A stretch of 64,000 nucleotides of DNA, taken from a virus (Duplodnaviria; Caudoviricetes). The notes beneath the pieces are model-generated. The model was not told the origin of the DNA. It searched no databases and saw only the letters and a list, made by a program, of their open reading frames with translations. The stretch covers positions 1-64,000 of the IMG/VR virus record IMGVR_UViG_3300020037_002952. One strand, written 5' to 3'. Both the position numbers and the translations under genes were made by a program. Positions 48,175-57,428 of the stretch are shown piece by piece (positions within the stretch are counted from its first letter, which is position 1; the number at the start of each line of letters is the position of its first letter).

Positions 48175-48626
48175 TGGCAAAGTTCGGTCAGTTTCAGTAT
48201 GGCGAAGAAGAATATGGAGCGGTAGAGACAAGTTTTGACGCTCCTCTTTTAGAGAGAGTTGCTTGGACTTTCTTTGATGGTACCACAACGTATCAACTTC
48301 CGGTAAATCCAGATTCAGCTTCGATGCCCAGTCACTTTGCTCAGAGAAAAATAACCTATCAAGCTACATGTGCAGGAGCGCAAGTTATTTATGAAGGTCG
48401 CCGGGAACCACATAAAGTTAGCTTTTCTGGCGTTATATTAGAGGAAGCACAATACAATTCATTTAAAACATGGGTAAATAAAAGCAAACAGATACGTATT
48501 ACAGATGATCTAGGACAGAAATTCTGGGTGTATTTAAAGAGCTTTTCTCCCACTAGACGCAAAGATAGCGTTTATGATTGGTTGATGGATTATTCTGCTG
48601 AAGGTTTTGTTTTGGATAGAGGTTAA
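48174..48626 (+). CDS. Distal-tail-like protein (copy 2)
   Basis: RVAWTF..VNP...ITDDLG; paralogous to 46764..47180. Confidence 0.6.
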   Translation: MAKFGQFQYGEEEYGAVETSFDAPLLERVAWTFFDGTTTYQLPVNPDSASMPSHFAQRKITYQATCAGAQVIYEGRREPHKVSFSGVILEEAQYNSFKTWVNKSKQIRITDDLGQKFWVYLKSFSPTRRKDSVYDWLMDYSAEGFVLDRG

Positions 48627-48643
48627 AGGGATTAAGGTGATGT

Positions 48644-51600
48644 ATGAGATTTTATCCAGATATGTTCGAGAAGGTAAAATCTGGTCACTTCTTTGGCCAA
48701 GATAAGCCAAATGGACGAGTTACTGTTGAGCCATTGTGGGAGTTAAATTCTACTGGGGCAGTTTACGGCAATAGCGTAAGAGGTCCTTATAGATGGTTCC
48801 AGGACGTTACCGATAGTGGCGTTGAATGGGAAGTCCCAAATATTAAGAACATTTCTTGGGATCGTTCCGAAGGCCAAGATATTGCTTCTTGTACTATCAC
48901 GCTTTATAACACTTGGCACGAAGATAATCTTCAGGCTCCAGAGTTGGCGGGACAACTCGGCAAGCCCGGTTTCTTTTGGCCCAAACGTGGACTGGAAGTA
49001 AACCGCTGGAATCAGGTAGCTGGCAAAGGTTCATTTCGCAAAGACGGATTCTGGGACCCCAACTTTAGCTGGCAGAATGTTTTAGTTCCTTATGGTTTAA
49101 TTCGTTGCCTTGATACCGACACCGAGATCCTAACACGGCGCGGCTGGCTACGCTGGGACGAGGTGCTGGAAGGTGACTATGCGCTAGGCATCAACCCCGA
49201 AACCGGATTGTCCGAGTGGCAAGAAATTATAGAGGTCTTTAAAGCCCCATTCAAAGGGCAACTTACTAACCTAAAGACTAAAACACACGACTCGCTTACA
49301 ACAGCAAACCATAGATGGTTAGTAAAAAACCACAAAGACGAATATGAATGGCGCACCACAGAGACTCTTAATGGTCACTCTGAAATCCCGCTAGCAGCGA
49401 CCTATGGTGAAGCTCCCATTGAGAAGGTTTATAGTGATGAATTTGTAGAACTTGCTGCTTGGTACTACACTGAAGGCAGTTCAGATAGACGTGCAATCAA
49501 CGGTGGATATTACAATATTTCACAGTCACCATCAGCCAATCCTAAAACAACACAAAGAATCAGAACTGTCCTCACCGCCCTATATGGCGACCCAGGCCCA
49601 TTAGCGCGAGGAAAAAAGCTTGACCAAGATGCTGTAGACAAAGCGGTCGCATTGTTAAGTAATGGCTCACCAATCAAGAAAATTGCCTTGATAACAGGGA
49701 TATCTCTAGAAACCATTCGACGATGGAAAGTGGGAAAACGTACCCCCCCAACAAAGACGCACGCATGGACTGAACAGACCTACGAATCTGGCAAGTCTAC
49801 TTTTGTTCTGGAAAAATCTATTGGTTTGAAACTCCAAGAGGTAATTCAGACTTATGATAAAATCCCTAGTGCTGAGTTTCTCCTTTCTCTCACGGCTGGT
49901 CAGCTTGATCTTTTTATTGATACATGCCTAAATGGTGATGGCTCACGCTACCAAAATTCAAGCGGCAATATACAAGAAGTTTTTATTCAAAAACACCATG
50001 AACGAATTGCTGCATTTGAGTTCGCCTGCGTTCTGGCCGGACGAGCTTTCCACACTAGAGAACGTTCTGATTCTAGTGTTACAAGTTTACTTCGGACAAG
50101 TTCTACTAGTCCGGTTTCAGCTGCGAAACAGAGTGGGCGTCCCATTAAACAAGTTGACTATGACGATGTTGTTTGGTGCCCTCGCGTAAAACACGCCAAC
50201 TTCTATGCTCGTCGGAATGGTACTGGCTTTTTTACTGGAAACACCTATGAAGGTTACGGCGGACACTCTAACGCATTTACTTTTAAGTCTGTCCAAGAAA
50301 ACCTCGACGATGAATATATTCTTCAAACTGGTACTTGGTTGATTGAATCAATCTCTGCCGGATCAGGTGGCGAACTTGTCTTAAATTGCAAAGACATGGG
50401 CAAACTTCTTATGGATCAGATTTGCTTTCCACCAACCGTTCCTGATGGTCTTTATCCATTAACACATTATCCAGAAGGCAAGTCAGTATTCGACTCTTTC
50501 TTCGGTGCTGTTCCAAAGGCTAGCATCTATGTCTCGCCAGGTTCTATGGGTGAAATTCGTGTAGGTTATGAAAACTCTTCTTTGGACGAAGAGTTTGGCG
50601 TATATAACAAGAGCATCAATGGACATAAACCGGCACATATTAAAGACGGCAACTGGACTACCTATGGATTATCTGAAGCCTATGAAGGTCCGGATGATGA
50701 AACTGTTTGGTGGGAATTTAACGTTGAACAGGAAGTCAGCAAGCTAGTTATTAAGGGCTGGGCTGGTGGCTACGATTGTTGGATTTCCATGTCTAATGCT
50801 GATGATGAATGGCTTGGCACAACGAATGTTCCTGGTACTGGTGACGCCGTTATTCCGGCTGTCCAACACGTAAATATCCCGGTAGCTGTGCCGGATAATC
50901 AGGAACCACTTGTTAATATTGAGATCCCTCACAGATTTAAAGATTTGCCAGCTGGACCAGTCACAAAAACAAAGCTCTTCATTAATAAGATTAGAATTTC
51001 ATTTAGACATCTCTATTACTCAGGTATCCCAGATGCTGATGACCATCAATATCGTGGTGGTATTCGAGATCTTCAATTATTCCGTGAAGGGAATAAAGTC
51101 GATGAGTTTACCGCAGGACCAGATAGCGTTCCTTGGACTTTTGCTATGGGAGCACACCCAACAAGAGGTTATTGGATTATTGATTATAACGGTACCGTTT
51201 ATGGTTTCGGTGACGCCGCTGACTACGATTCTTCAGCATGGGGTCCGGTTCCAATTCATACTGCCCACGCTAGAAATCAAGCCATTGCCATCGAAGGCCA
51301 TCCATCTGGTAAAGGTTATTGGGTCTTAGACCGAATGGGTAATGTTTATGCTTTTGGTTTAGCAGAACATCACGGTGACTATGAAATTGCTTGGCCTGGC
51401 GGTGAAATTTGGGGCGAGTATAGCACTATTGCCGTTGGTCTAGCTGTTACTCATACTGGTGAAGGTTACTGGATTTGTTTCTCTAATGGCACAATCAAAG
51501 GCTTTGGCGATGCTGTAACTTCTGGCACCCCAGCAACAATCCATCTTCCAACAACAACTCTCACACAATATATGGATGCGTATACTGCCGACAGAGAACC

Positions 51601-53500
51601 ATACAATTATTCAGTTCAACATAAAGCAAGAGCCATTGCTGCCCACCCAACTAAAATTGGCTTCTGGGTGACTTCCGGTTCTGGTGAAATCTTTACTTAT
51701 GGCACCGACATGCATCAGTATGGTCAATTAAAGAACCGTGTTTACAATAAGGGTATGGCCAACACTTTCGAGCTCGGATCTGAAGAGTTCGCTACAGCGC
51801 TTGAGTCAACAAAAACTGGTAATGGTTATTGGATTACTTTTGGTTCTGGTCATATTGCGGCATTCGGTGATGCTGTTAAACAGGGGCCGACTTATATTTG
51901 GCCAGTAAACAATGCAAACTTTGATGTGGCTATTGATGAAACAAATATCTTTGATTGGAGTTTCTATAAAGCTATCGTTTGGAGTATGGCAAGAGATCCT
52001 GATGGAACTGGTTTCTGGGTTCTTCTGGCGAGCGGTGACATTAAATGGTATAACGCAGAATTCTGGGGACAACCAGGATACACTGGGTTGACTGGCTATC
52101 GTTGGCATGATGGTTCGTTCGACGGAGACTATACGAAAATTATCAAAGAGCTACTTATGTGGTCTGGCTTTACTTTCTATGATGCAACACTAGAAGACGA
52201 TGAAGCTCCATCAGTTTATGGCGCTCTTGAATCAACTGGCATTAAAACCGACACTTATCTTGAAGCTGATAAATTCGATAAGCGCCCCATTCTTGACATC
52301 ATTAAAGAGTTGTGTGAAGTTGTGGCGTACAGATTTAGAATTCAAGAAGATGGATCGGCTTACTTAAGTTCGCCCAATCTTTGGAGCGCCGGTAACTTCG
52401 ATATTGATGGACAAAGAATCTACGTTGAAGAAGGTACTTACAATAGGGTGGATAAGACTGATCCTGATGCCATCCCATTTATTCCCGTAATTGACGAAGA
52501 GGTTGACCTGTTTAACTACGATACAACCCTTGGCTCAGAATCAATGCGATCTGAGATTATCATTGGCACCGATCAACCAGATCCCAAAAACCCAAAGATC
52601 ACTGGTTTCGTCCGCCATACTCCAAGATCTGGTAGTGAAGAAATCCGGCCAGGAATCAAAACTCTCCGCAACATTCCTCGGGTGGGTCTATGGATTAGCC
52701 AACTCTTCACGAACAAAGAAGAAGCGAAACTTATGGCTGAACTTATCAGCATTAACGCATGGTTTGCTGAGCGAACTTCTTCGGCAACAATTGTAGCCAA
52801 CCCTGCACTATCGCTTGGAGATCAAGTGAAGTTCATTGAACGAAACACTGGGGAGTTCAACATTCACTATATCAGCGGACTTAACTCAAATAACGATCTT
52901 GACTCTGGCGTTTGGACAATGAACACAACGTCACATTGGCTTGGAGACAAAGATAACTGGGTTATTACAGCAAACAACTCTGATGCACCAGGGCCGACTC
53001 GTAGATGGCTGGAAGTCTCAGAACGTGTTGACCGTTGGCAAATCGCCACTAATAGAGAACTAGATAAGGGAGCGAAAGCGAACGGATCTGTCTCTAATAT
53101 TGCTGAGTTTGATGGTGAGTTTGAGGGTGGTTCAATTATTGAAAAAGAAAGTTGGACATTTACTGGCAACCTGACTCTACGTAAACGTCTATTACAAACA
53201 CCAATAACAATCGAGGCGTTGTCACCACCTCTTGGTACCGAGATATTTGTTCTCATCCACGATGTAACAGACTTAGCTAATCCTGTTATTTTCCAAAGAC
53301 TCAATAGCGTTAGTGAAATTACTTATCTTCCAGCACTTGGAGTTAACGGTCAAACTAAAGAATATGTAGTTAAAATACTTGGGACAACAGTTTCCCCTGG
53401 CAACGGAATTTTAAGATTCTATATCACAATTGATAACGAAATTGAACTGTCTGCTGCCGATACATTACTTGTGATCAAAGAACCTCCCGAGCTAACCTAA
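48644..53500 (+). CDS. Tail-tip/hub protein with an intein and a six-repeat GYW beta-propeller (spliced about 1239 aa)
   Basis: Hub-like motifs (CKDMGKLL; IIKELCEVVAY; ANPALSLGDQV); intein blocks; six [TP]xGxG[YF]W....G....FG repeats. Confidence 0.8.
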   Translation: MRFYPDMFEKVKSGHFFGQDKPNGRVTVEPLWELNSTGAVYGNSVRGPYRWFQDVTDSGVEWEVPNIKNISWDRSEGQDIASCTITLYNTWHEDNLQAPELAGQLGKPGFFWPKRGLEVNRWNQVAGKGSFRKDGFWDPNFSWQNVLVPYGLIRCLDTDTEILTRRGWLRWDEVLEGDYALGINPETGLSEWQEIIEVFKAPFKGQLTNLKTKTHDSLTTANHRWLVKNHKDEYEWRTTETLNGHSEIPLAATYGEAPIEKVYSDEFVELAAWYYTEGSSDRRAINGGYYNISQSPSANPKTTQRIRTVLTALYGDPGPLARGKKLDQDAVDKAVALLSNGSPIKKIALITGISLETIRRWKVGKRTPPTKTHAWTEQTYESGKSTFVLEKSIGLKLQEVIQTYDKIPSAEFLLSLTAGQLDLFIDTCLNGDGSRYQNSSGNIQEVFIQKHHERIAAFEFACVLAGRAFHTRERSDSSVTSLLRTSSTSPVSAAKQSGRPIKQVDYDDVVWCPRVKHANFYARRNGTGFFTGNTYEGYGGHSNAFTFKSVQENLDDEYILQTGTWLIESISAGSGGELVLNCKDMGKLLMDQICFPPTVPDGLYPLTHYPEGKSVFDSFFGAVPKASIYVSPGSMGEIRVGYENSSLDEEFGVYNKSINGHKPAHIKDGNWTTYGLSEAYEGPDDETVWWEFNVEQEVSKLVIKGWAGGYDCWISMSNADDEWLGTTNVPGTGDAVIPAVQHVNIPVAVPDNQEPLVNIEIPHRFKDLPAGPVTKTKLFINKIRISFRHLYYSGIPDADDHQYRGGIRDLQLFREGNKVDEFTAGPDSVPWTFAMGAHPTRGYWIIDYNGTVYGFGDAADYDSSAWGPVPIHTAHARNQAIAIEGHPSGKGYWVLDRMGNVYAFGLAEHHGDYEIAWPGGEIWGEYSTIAVGLAVTHTGEGYWICFSNGTIKGFGDAVTSGTPATIHLPTTTLTQYMDAYTADREPYNYSVQHKARAIAAHPTKIGFWVTSGSGEIFTYGTDMHQYGQLKNRVYNKGMANTFELGSEEFATALESTKTGNGYWITFGSGHIAAFGDAVKQGPTYIWPVNNANFDVAIDETNIFDWSFYKAIVWSMARDPDGTGFWVLLASGDIKWYNAEFWGQPGYTGLTGYRWHDGSFDGDYTKIIKELLMWSGFTFYDATLEDDEAPSVYGALESTGIKTDTYLEADKFDKRPILDIIKELCEVVAYRFRIQEDGSAYLSSPNLWSAGNFDIDGQRIYVEEGTYNRVDKTDPDAIPFIPVIDEEVDLFNYDTTLGSESMRSEIIIGTDQPDPKNPKITGFVRHTPRSGSEEIRPGIKTLRNIPRVGLWISQLFTNKEEAKLMAELISINAWFAERTSSATIVANPALSLGDQVKFIERNTGEFNIHYISGLNSNNDLDSGVWTMNTTSHWLGDKDNWVITANNSDAPGPTRRWLEVSERVDRWQIATNRELDKGAKANGSVSNIAEFDGEFEGGSIIEKESWTFTGNLTLRKRLLQTPITIEALSPPLGTEIFVLIHDVTDLANPVIFQRLNSVSEITYLPALGVNGQTKEYVVKILGTTVSPGNGILRFYITIDNEIELSAADTLLVIKEPPELT
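49106..50242 (+). mobile_element. Intein (379 aa) with LAGLIDADG endonuclease and inserted HTH in the tail-tip protein
   Basis: CLDTDTEILTRRGW...TANHRW...LAAWYYTEG...TCLNGDG...VWCPRVKHANFYARRNGTGFFTGN, +1 Thr. Confidence 0.92.
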
Positions 53501-53509
53501 GGAAAACTT

Positions 53510-53905
53510 ATGCAAAACATTAATCAATTCCGCAAGGTTCTTGCCAATGAGCAAACGAGAGCGGCTGATCTTCAGACTGTAAAAAGTGATGTAGCTGTAG
53601 TCCCTGGAAGAGTCATGATTAACAATGCTGGTGAGGCATATGTTGATGTAAACTTTCCGGTAAGGTTTATTACTCTCCCAAATTTCACGGCAGGGTTCGA
53701 AATCTTAGAGGGACAAGGAATTATTGAAGGCCAGATGCCGACAGCTTCGGCTCACGTTTCTGAATGGAAAACTATCGAGCGCCTTCCATTAAGCGTGTTT
53801 TATACTGGAGCAAAAATTCAAGTCGTAACAATCGGCCAGTTCTATCAGAAAATGATTCTCAATTTTTCTTTCACTGGAACCTCTATCACGAATCCGAGTC
53901 TTTAA
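53510..53905 (+). CDS. Minor tail protein (putative)
   Basis: VNFPVRFITLP H-type-lectin-like pattern; follows the hub gene. Confidence 0.55.
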   Translation: MQNINQFRKVLANEQTRAADLQTVKSDVAVVPGRVMINNAGEAYVDVNFPVRFITLPNFTAGFEILEGQGIIEGQMPTASAHVSEWKTIERLPLSVFYTGAKIQVVTIGQFYQKMILNFSFTGTSITNPSL

Positions 53906-53906
53906 T

Positions 53907-54338
53907 ATGAAGGTATATCCAACCAACAATCTCGTTCCTGTCAACTCAAAACAGAGACAACCAGAATCAATAACTATCCCTGTATTCAACTTTATGGGGA
54001 TTCTAGATGATTCCTCGTTGTCGGATAAATGGTACCCTTCCACAAACATCAAAATTACTGGTGGTTACGTTGCTACTACATCAACAGGGATTGATAACAA
54101 CGAGTTCTATATTCTCCGAGGCAACATCTTTGAACAGAATATTGAGATAGGTGTTGCAACAATGGCTGCTGGCGATAACAAATCTACGTTTCAAATGAAC
54201 AACATTGATTACCAGACAACTCCGCCTTATCCTCAGGCAAACATTATGACGCCTTTTGATTACTTAACTATCTGGGCGGCTTTTCCATCAGAGCATGGTG
54301 GCATCACTGTTCAAATCTTTGGAGAGAAAGTTAATTAA
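53907..54338 (+). CDS. Minor tail protein (putative)
   Basis: Last gene of the tail operon; beta-rich. Confidence 0.5.
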   Translation: MKVYPTNNLVPVNSKQRQPESITIPVFNFMGILDDSSLSDKWYPSTNIKITGGYVATTSTGIDNNEFYILRGNIFEQNIEIGVATMAAGDNKSTFQMNNIDYQTTPPYPQANIMTPFDYLTIWAAFPSEHGGITVQIFGEKVN

Positions 54339-54345
54339 AAGCGAG

Positions 54346-54374
54346 TTGACAAATTACATTTCATATGATATACT
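54346..54374 (+). promoter_or_regulatory. Sigma70/SigA-type promoter (leaderless) of the replication operon
   Basis: TTGACA-N17-TATACT with TG, 6 nt to ATG 54381. Confidence 0.85.
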
Positions 54375-54380
54375 ATTTTC

Positions 54381-54839
54381 ATGACTGAAATAGTAGAGCG
54401 TTTAGAAAAGAGGTTGCCTCAAGCTCCTCGTGAAGAAATTATTGGTATCGCCAATATTCTTGAACGCTATGAGATTACTCCGACAATCGAAGCTCTTGAT
54501 GGAAAAGGGTACTTGTTTACTGACTTAAGAGGAAGAACTGCAAGAGTTCGTGCTGGAAGTTACAGAGGCCAAACTCTATATATAGAAGATCCACTGTCAG
54601 ACGTAGCTGTTATAATGACTGAAGGACTTATGGCTGGCTGGATCGAAACAGAAAAGTTAGAAAATTTAGATGACAGATTCGCCGTTAAGCTAGGGAACTT
54701 ATACCCACTCCCAGATATATTTTCATTTGATCAACAATGTGGACATCTTCAGATTCACGGAGGGTTTTATAACGGCATCGATTGGATTTGTTTTGGATGC
54801 GAAAGAGAGTTAGTATTTAATGACAAACGCAGAGTTTAG
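54381..54839 (+). CDS. Hypothetical protein with C-terminal Cys/His cluster
   Basis: CGH...WICFGC. Confidence 0.65.
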   Translation: MTEIVERLEKRLPQAPREEIIGIANILERYEITPTIEALDGKGYLFTDLRGRTARVRAGSYRGQTLYIEDPLSDVAVIMTEGLMAGWIETEKLENLDDRFAVKLGNLYPLPDIFSFDQQCGHLQIHGGFYNGIDWICFGCERELVFNDKRRV

Positions 54840-55053
54840 CTTCTTGATGAAATTCTTAAGAGAAAGATCTGAAATTTCCGCTAGAGAATTATCTTCAAGA
54901 GCGGGACTTTCTGCAAGTTACGTGAGTAAGGTCGAATCTGGTTCAGTCCTTCCTACGATAGAATCCTTCTCTAAGCTTATCTCAGAACTAAATGTAACAG
55001 ATATGGAAATAGTTTATTTGATTAAACTTTTAACGAAAAAGGATATCTCTTGA
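54820..55053 (+). CDS. XRE-family HTH regulator
   Basis: LRERSEISARELSSRAGLSASYVSKVESG..LPT. Confidence 0.9.
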   Translation: MTNAEFSFLMKFLRERSEISARELSSRAGLSASYVSKVESGSVLPTIESFSKLISELNVTDMEIVYLIKLLTKKDIS

Positions 55054-55865
55054 AAATAAGTCCATCTCAAGCGAAGCGTTGGGGCTCATGCTCACTCAGC
55101 GCTAAATACACTTATGTTGACAAGATCGGCGAATGGTCAACTGGATCTAGCGCTCACTTTGGCTCATCGGTTCACTCTGGTCTTGAGCTATTTCACAAGG
55201 GAGGAACTGAAGAAGAAGCGATCGAAGAGTTTTCAAGATACTTTAATTCAATCGAACCTGATTACTGGAACAGAACAACATCTTACACAAAGTTTAAAGA
55301 TGCTGGTCCTAAGATGATTAAGGAGTATATTGAATCTTATAAATGGACAACTAAAGTTACTCTTGGTGTTGAGCTTAGATTTATGGTTGACTTTGGCGAG
55401 CATCAGCTTAGCGGGATCGTCGATCATCTTTATACTGACCCAGATTATTCCAAGCTTGTAATTTCAGATTTGAAAACTGCCGCCAAACCAAATATGGATA
55501 CATTACATCTTGATGTCCAGTGGACTTCTTATGATTGGGCTAGTCGTCAAAAAGAATTTTGGTGCGGCTATCCCGGCGAGGAAGAAAAATATACTGGTAT
55601 AGAAAATGGCGAAGAACTCTGGGAGATATTTAAAGACAAGCCAAGAGAAAACATTTGGTATGATCTCAGAAAGAATAAACCAATTAACGTAGGTGATCGA
55701 GGTGATCTTGATTATGGTAGACTTTACAGGTTGGTTGAACAGATTGCTAGAGCCATAGAGTTTGAAGTCTATGTTCCAAGTATTAGTCCGGATAATTGTT
55801 TGTGGTGTGACCATAAACCAATTTGTCCAGTCTATTTTGAGAAGCCAGTAGAAATAAATAAATAA
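55050..55865 (+). CDS. Cas4/RecB-like PD-(D/E)XK exonuclease
   Basis: ISPSQ...C, FGSSVH..LE, GIVD, ISDLKT, C-terminal CLWC....C (four-Cys Fe-S arrangement). Confidence 0.88.
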   Translation: MKISPSQAKRWGSCSLSAKYTYVDKIGEWSTGSSAHFGSSVHSGLELFHKGGTEEEAIEEFSRYFNSIEPDYWNRTTSYTKFKDAGPKMIKEYIESYKWTTKVTLGVELRFMVDFGEHQLSGIVDHLYTDPDYSKLVISDLKTAAKPNMDTLHLDVQWTSYDWASRQKEFWCGYPGEEEKYTGIENGEELWEIFKDKPRENIWYDLRKNKPINVGDRGDLDYGRLYRLVEQIARAIEFEVYVPSISPDNCLWCDHKPICPVYFEKPVEINK

Positions 55866-55881
55866 CACAGAAAGAAGATAT

Positions 55882-56853
55882 ATGACAGTTACAATTCATA
55901 AAGCAGGGATAGATGATGCACCCAAAGGCGTTAGAGCCGTTTTGGGGACGGTTTCAGGGCTCGAAGCCACTAAGTGGGGGCTTGGTAGCAAGAATGCTCT
56001 TTGGGCCGTTACAGGGGCTGTGAGCACCCAATTAGCAAAGGCTGGAGCTAAGTATGTAAAGATCAATGATGAAATGGATCTTTATCGCCTTAAAGTGGCC
56101 TTAACTGGAAATGCCGAAGAAAGAGAAAAGAAATTTGGCTTCCCGGTCGATACATTAATTATCAGTAATCTCAGCGTTCTCCAAAGAACGTTGTTATCGA
56201 ATCGCCTCGAAAACCAAAAGAGAGCAGAAACAAACTACGATGATTGGTCGTGGCTAAGCTCTCGGCTCAAGGCAGTCTACGAAGGGATTAATGAACTAGA
56301 AGTAAACATCCTTACTATTTGTGACGTGACAAATGTTCACGAAAGTACAGAGGTTAAACTTGACATCCAAGGAGAGTTTTGCAATCGGATTCATGAACAT
56401 GTTGACTATAGTTTGTATCTTGGGATTGGTGAAGAGTATGCGTTGTTGCCTGAGGAAGTTAAAACAAGCATGGAGGGTAACGAGCTTATCATTGATGCCA
56501 GCCAGATAACTGGTTATACTTATATTTCTACACGACCAACTAGAAATATTCCTTGGGTCCAAGATGACACAGAAACTTTGAATGAAACCATCGACTTGAC
56601 AAATAGTGGATCATTTGATACACTTATTGAAGCAAGAAAAAATCTAACTCTAGCGGACTCATCAATTTTAGAAATTGAAGAGTCTGAACCAGAGGAAGAA
56701 ACAGTAGCTGAGACAGAAGAAGTTGAAGCGCCTCTAAAAGAGGAAACACCTGTAGAAGTGAAAAAAGATGAAACTGTTCCCGGTATGACATCGACAACAG
56801 ACATCAAAGCACTTCTAGCCCAAAAAAGAAATAGCATGAAAGGAAATAACTAA
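55882..56853 (+). CDS. Sak4/AAA_24-like protein with degenerate Walker motifs
   Basis: Sits between exonuclease and SSB; TLII..L..LQ, DDW..L, DIQG...I...VD pattern; no GKT. Confidence 0.55.
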   Translation: MTVTIHKAGIDDAPKGVRAVLGTVSGLEATKWGLGSKNALWAVTGAVSTQLAKAGAKYVKINDEMDLYRLKVALTGNAEEREKKFGFPVDTLIISNLSVLQRTLLSNRLENQKRAETNYDDWSWLSSRLKAVYEGINELEVNILTICDVTNVHESTEVKLDIQGEFCNRIHEHVDYSLYLGIGEEYALLPEEVKTSMEGNELIIDASQITGYTYISTRPTRNIPWVQDDTETLNETIDLTNSGSFDTLIEARKNLTLADSSILEIEESEPEEETVAETEEVEAPLKEETPVEVKKDETVPGMTSTTDIKALLAQKRNSMKGNN

Positions 56854-56854
56854 T

Positions 56855-57337
56855 ATGGCAGCAATTGGATTTTCACAGCCAACACAAACAAACGATGAGG
56901 AAAAGGAGAAGAAGGAATTCAAGCCTATTCCCGAGGGAACTTATAACGCTCAGGTGTTATCTGTCGAACATCGTTTCGTTGATAAGGAAGTTTGTTATTG
57001 GAAGAAGTATGACGAGGAAATCGTTTTCGAGTTTGTAATCACTGATGGTGACTACGCTAAGAGACGTTTCTGGAAAGATGTCCCGGCCTATTTGACCGAG
57101 GATTCCAACAATCGTCTTCGACTGTATCTACAGGAAATCATTGGGATTAATAAGCTTCCCGATGACTTCATGTTCGATCCAGAAGAGGGTGAGCTTGTCG
57201 ATGCTCTTTGTCGCATCAGAATCAACCAGTACAAAACAAAGAAAGGCGAAACCAGGAACGGCGTTGAAGATGTTCTAGGTGCGCTCGCTAGTCAGTATAA
57301 AGGGTCCTCAATCCAAGAGGCTGACGATTCGTTTTAA
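56855..57337 (+). CDS. Single-stranded DNA-binding protein (DUF669-like)
   Basis: FKPIPEGTYNAQV, FVITDGDYAKRRFW, acidic C-terminus EADDSF. Confidence 0.8.
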   Translation: MAAIGFSQPTQTNDEEKEKKEFKPIPEGTYNAQVLSVEHRFVDKEVCYWKKYDEEIVFEFVITDGDYAKRRFWKDVPAYLTEDSNNRLRLYLQEIIGINKLPDDFMFDPEEGELVDALCRIRINQYKTKKGETRNGVEDVLGALASQYKGSSIQEADDSF

Positions 57338-57367
57338 ACGATCCCTATAGTAAGATGAGTAAGTAGA

Positions 57368-57403
57368 TAAGTGGGTCTTGGGTTTAGATCCAAGACCCAC
57401 TTA
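57368..57403 (+). terminator. 14-bp perfect hairpin (terminator or processing/regulatory stem) between ssb and primase-helicase
   Basis: TAAGTGGGTCTTGG-8nt-CCAAGACCCACTTA; weak T-tract. Confidence 0.6.
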
Positions 57404-57428
57404 CGTTTAAAAGGGAGAGTGTAAAAAG

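Noticed and set aside
30727-53500. Possible diversity-generating retroelement or invertible fibre cassette
   Set aside because: No reverse transcriptase, invertase or near-identical TR/VR nucleotide repeat noticed; similarity between fibres is protein-level only.
55050-55865. Cas4-like gene as a sign of a CRISPR system
   Set aside because: No repeat-spacer array or other cas genes seen; context is the standard phage recombination module.
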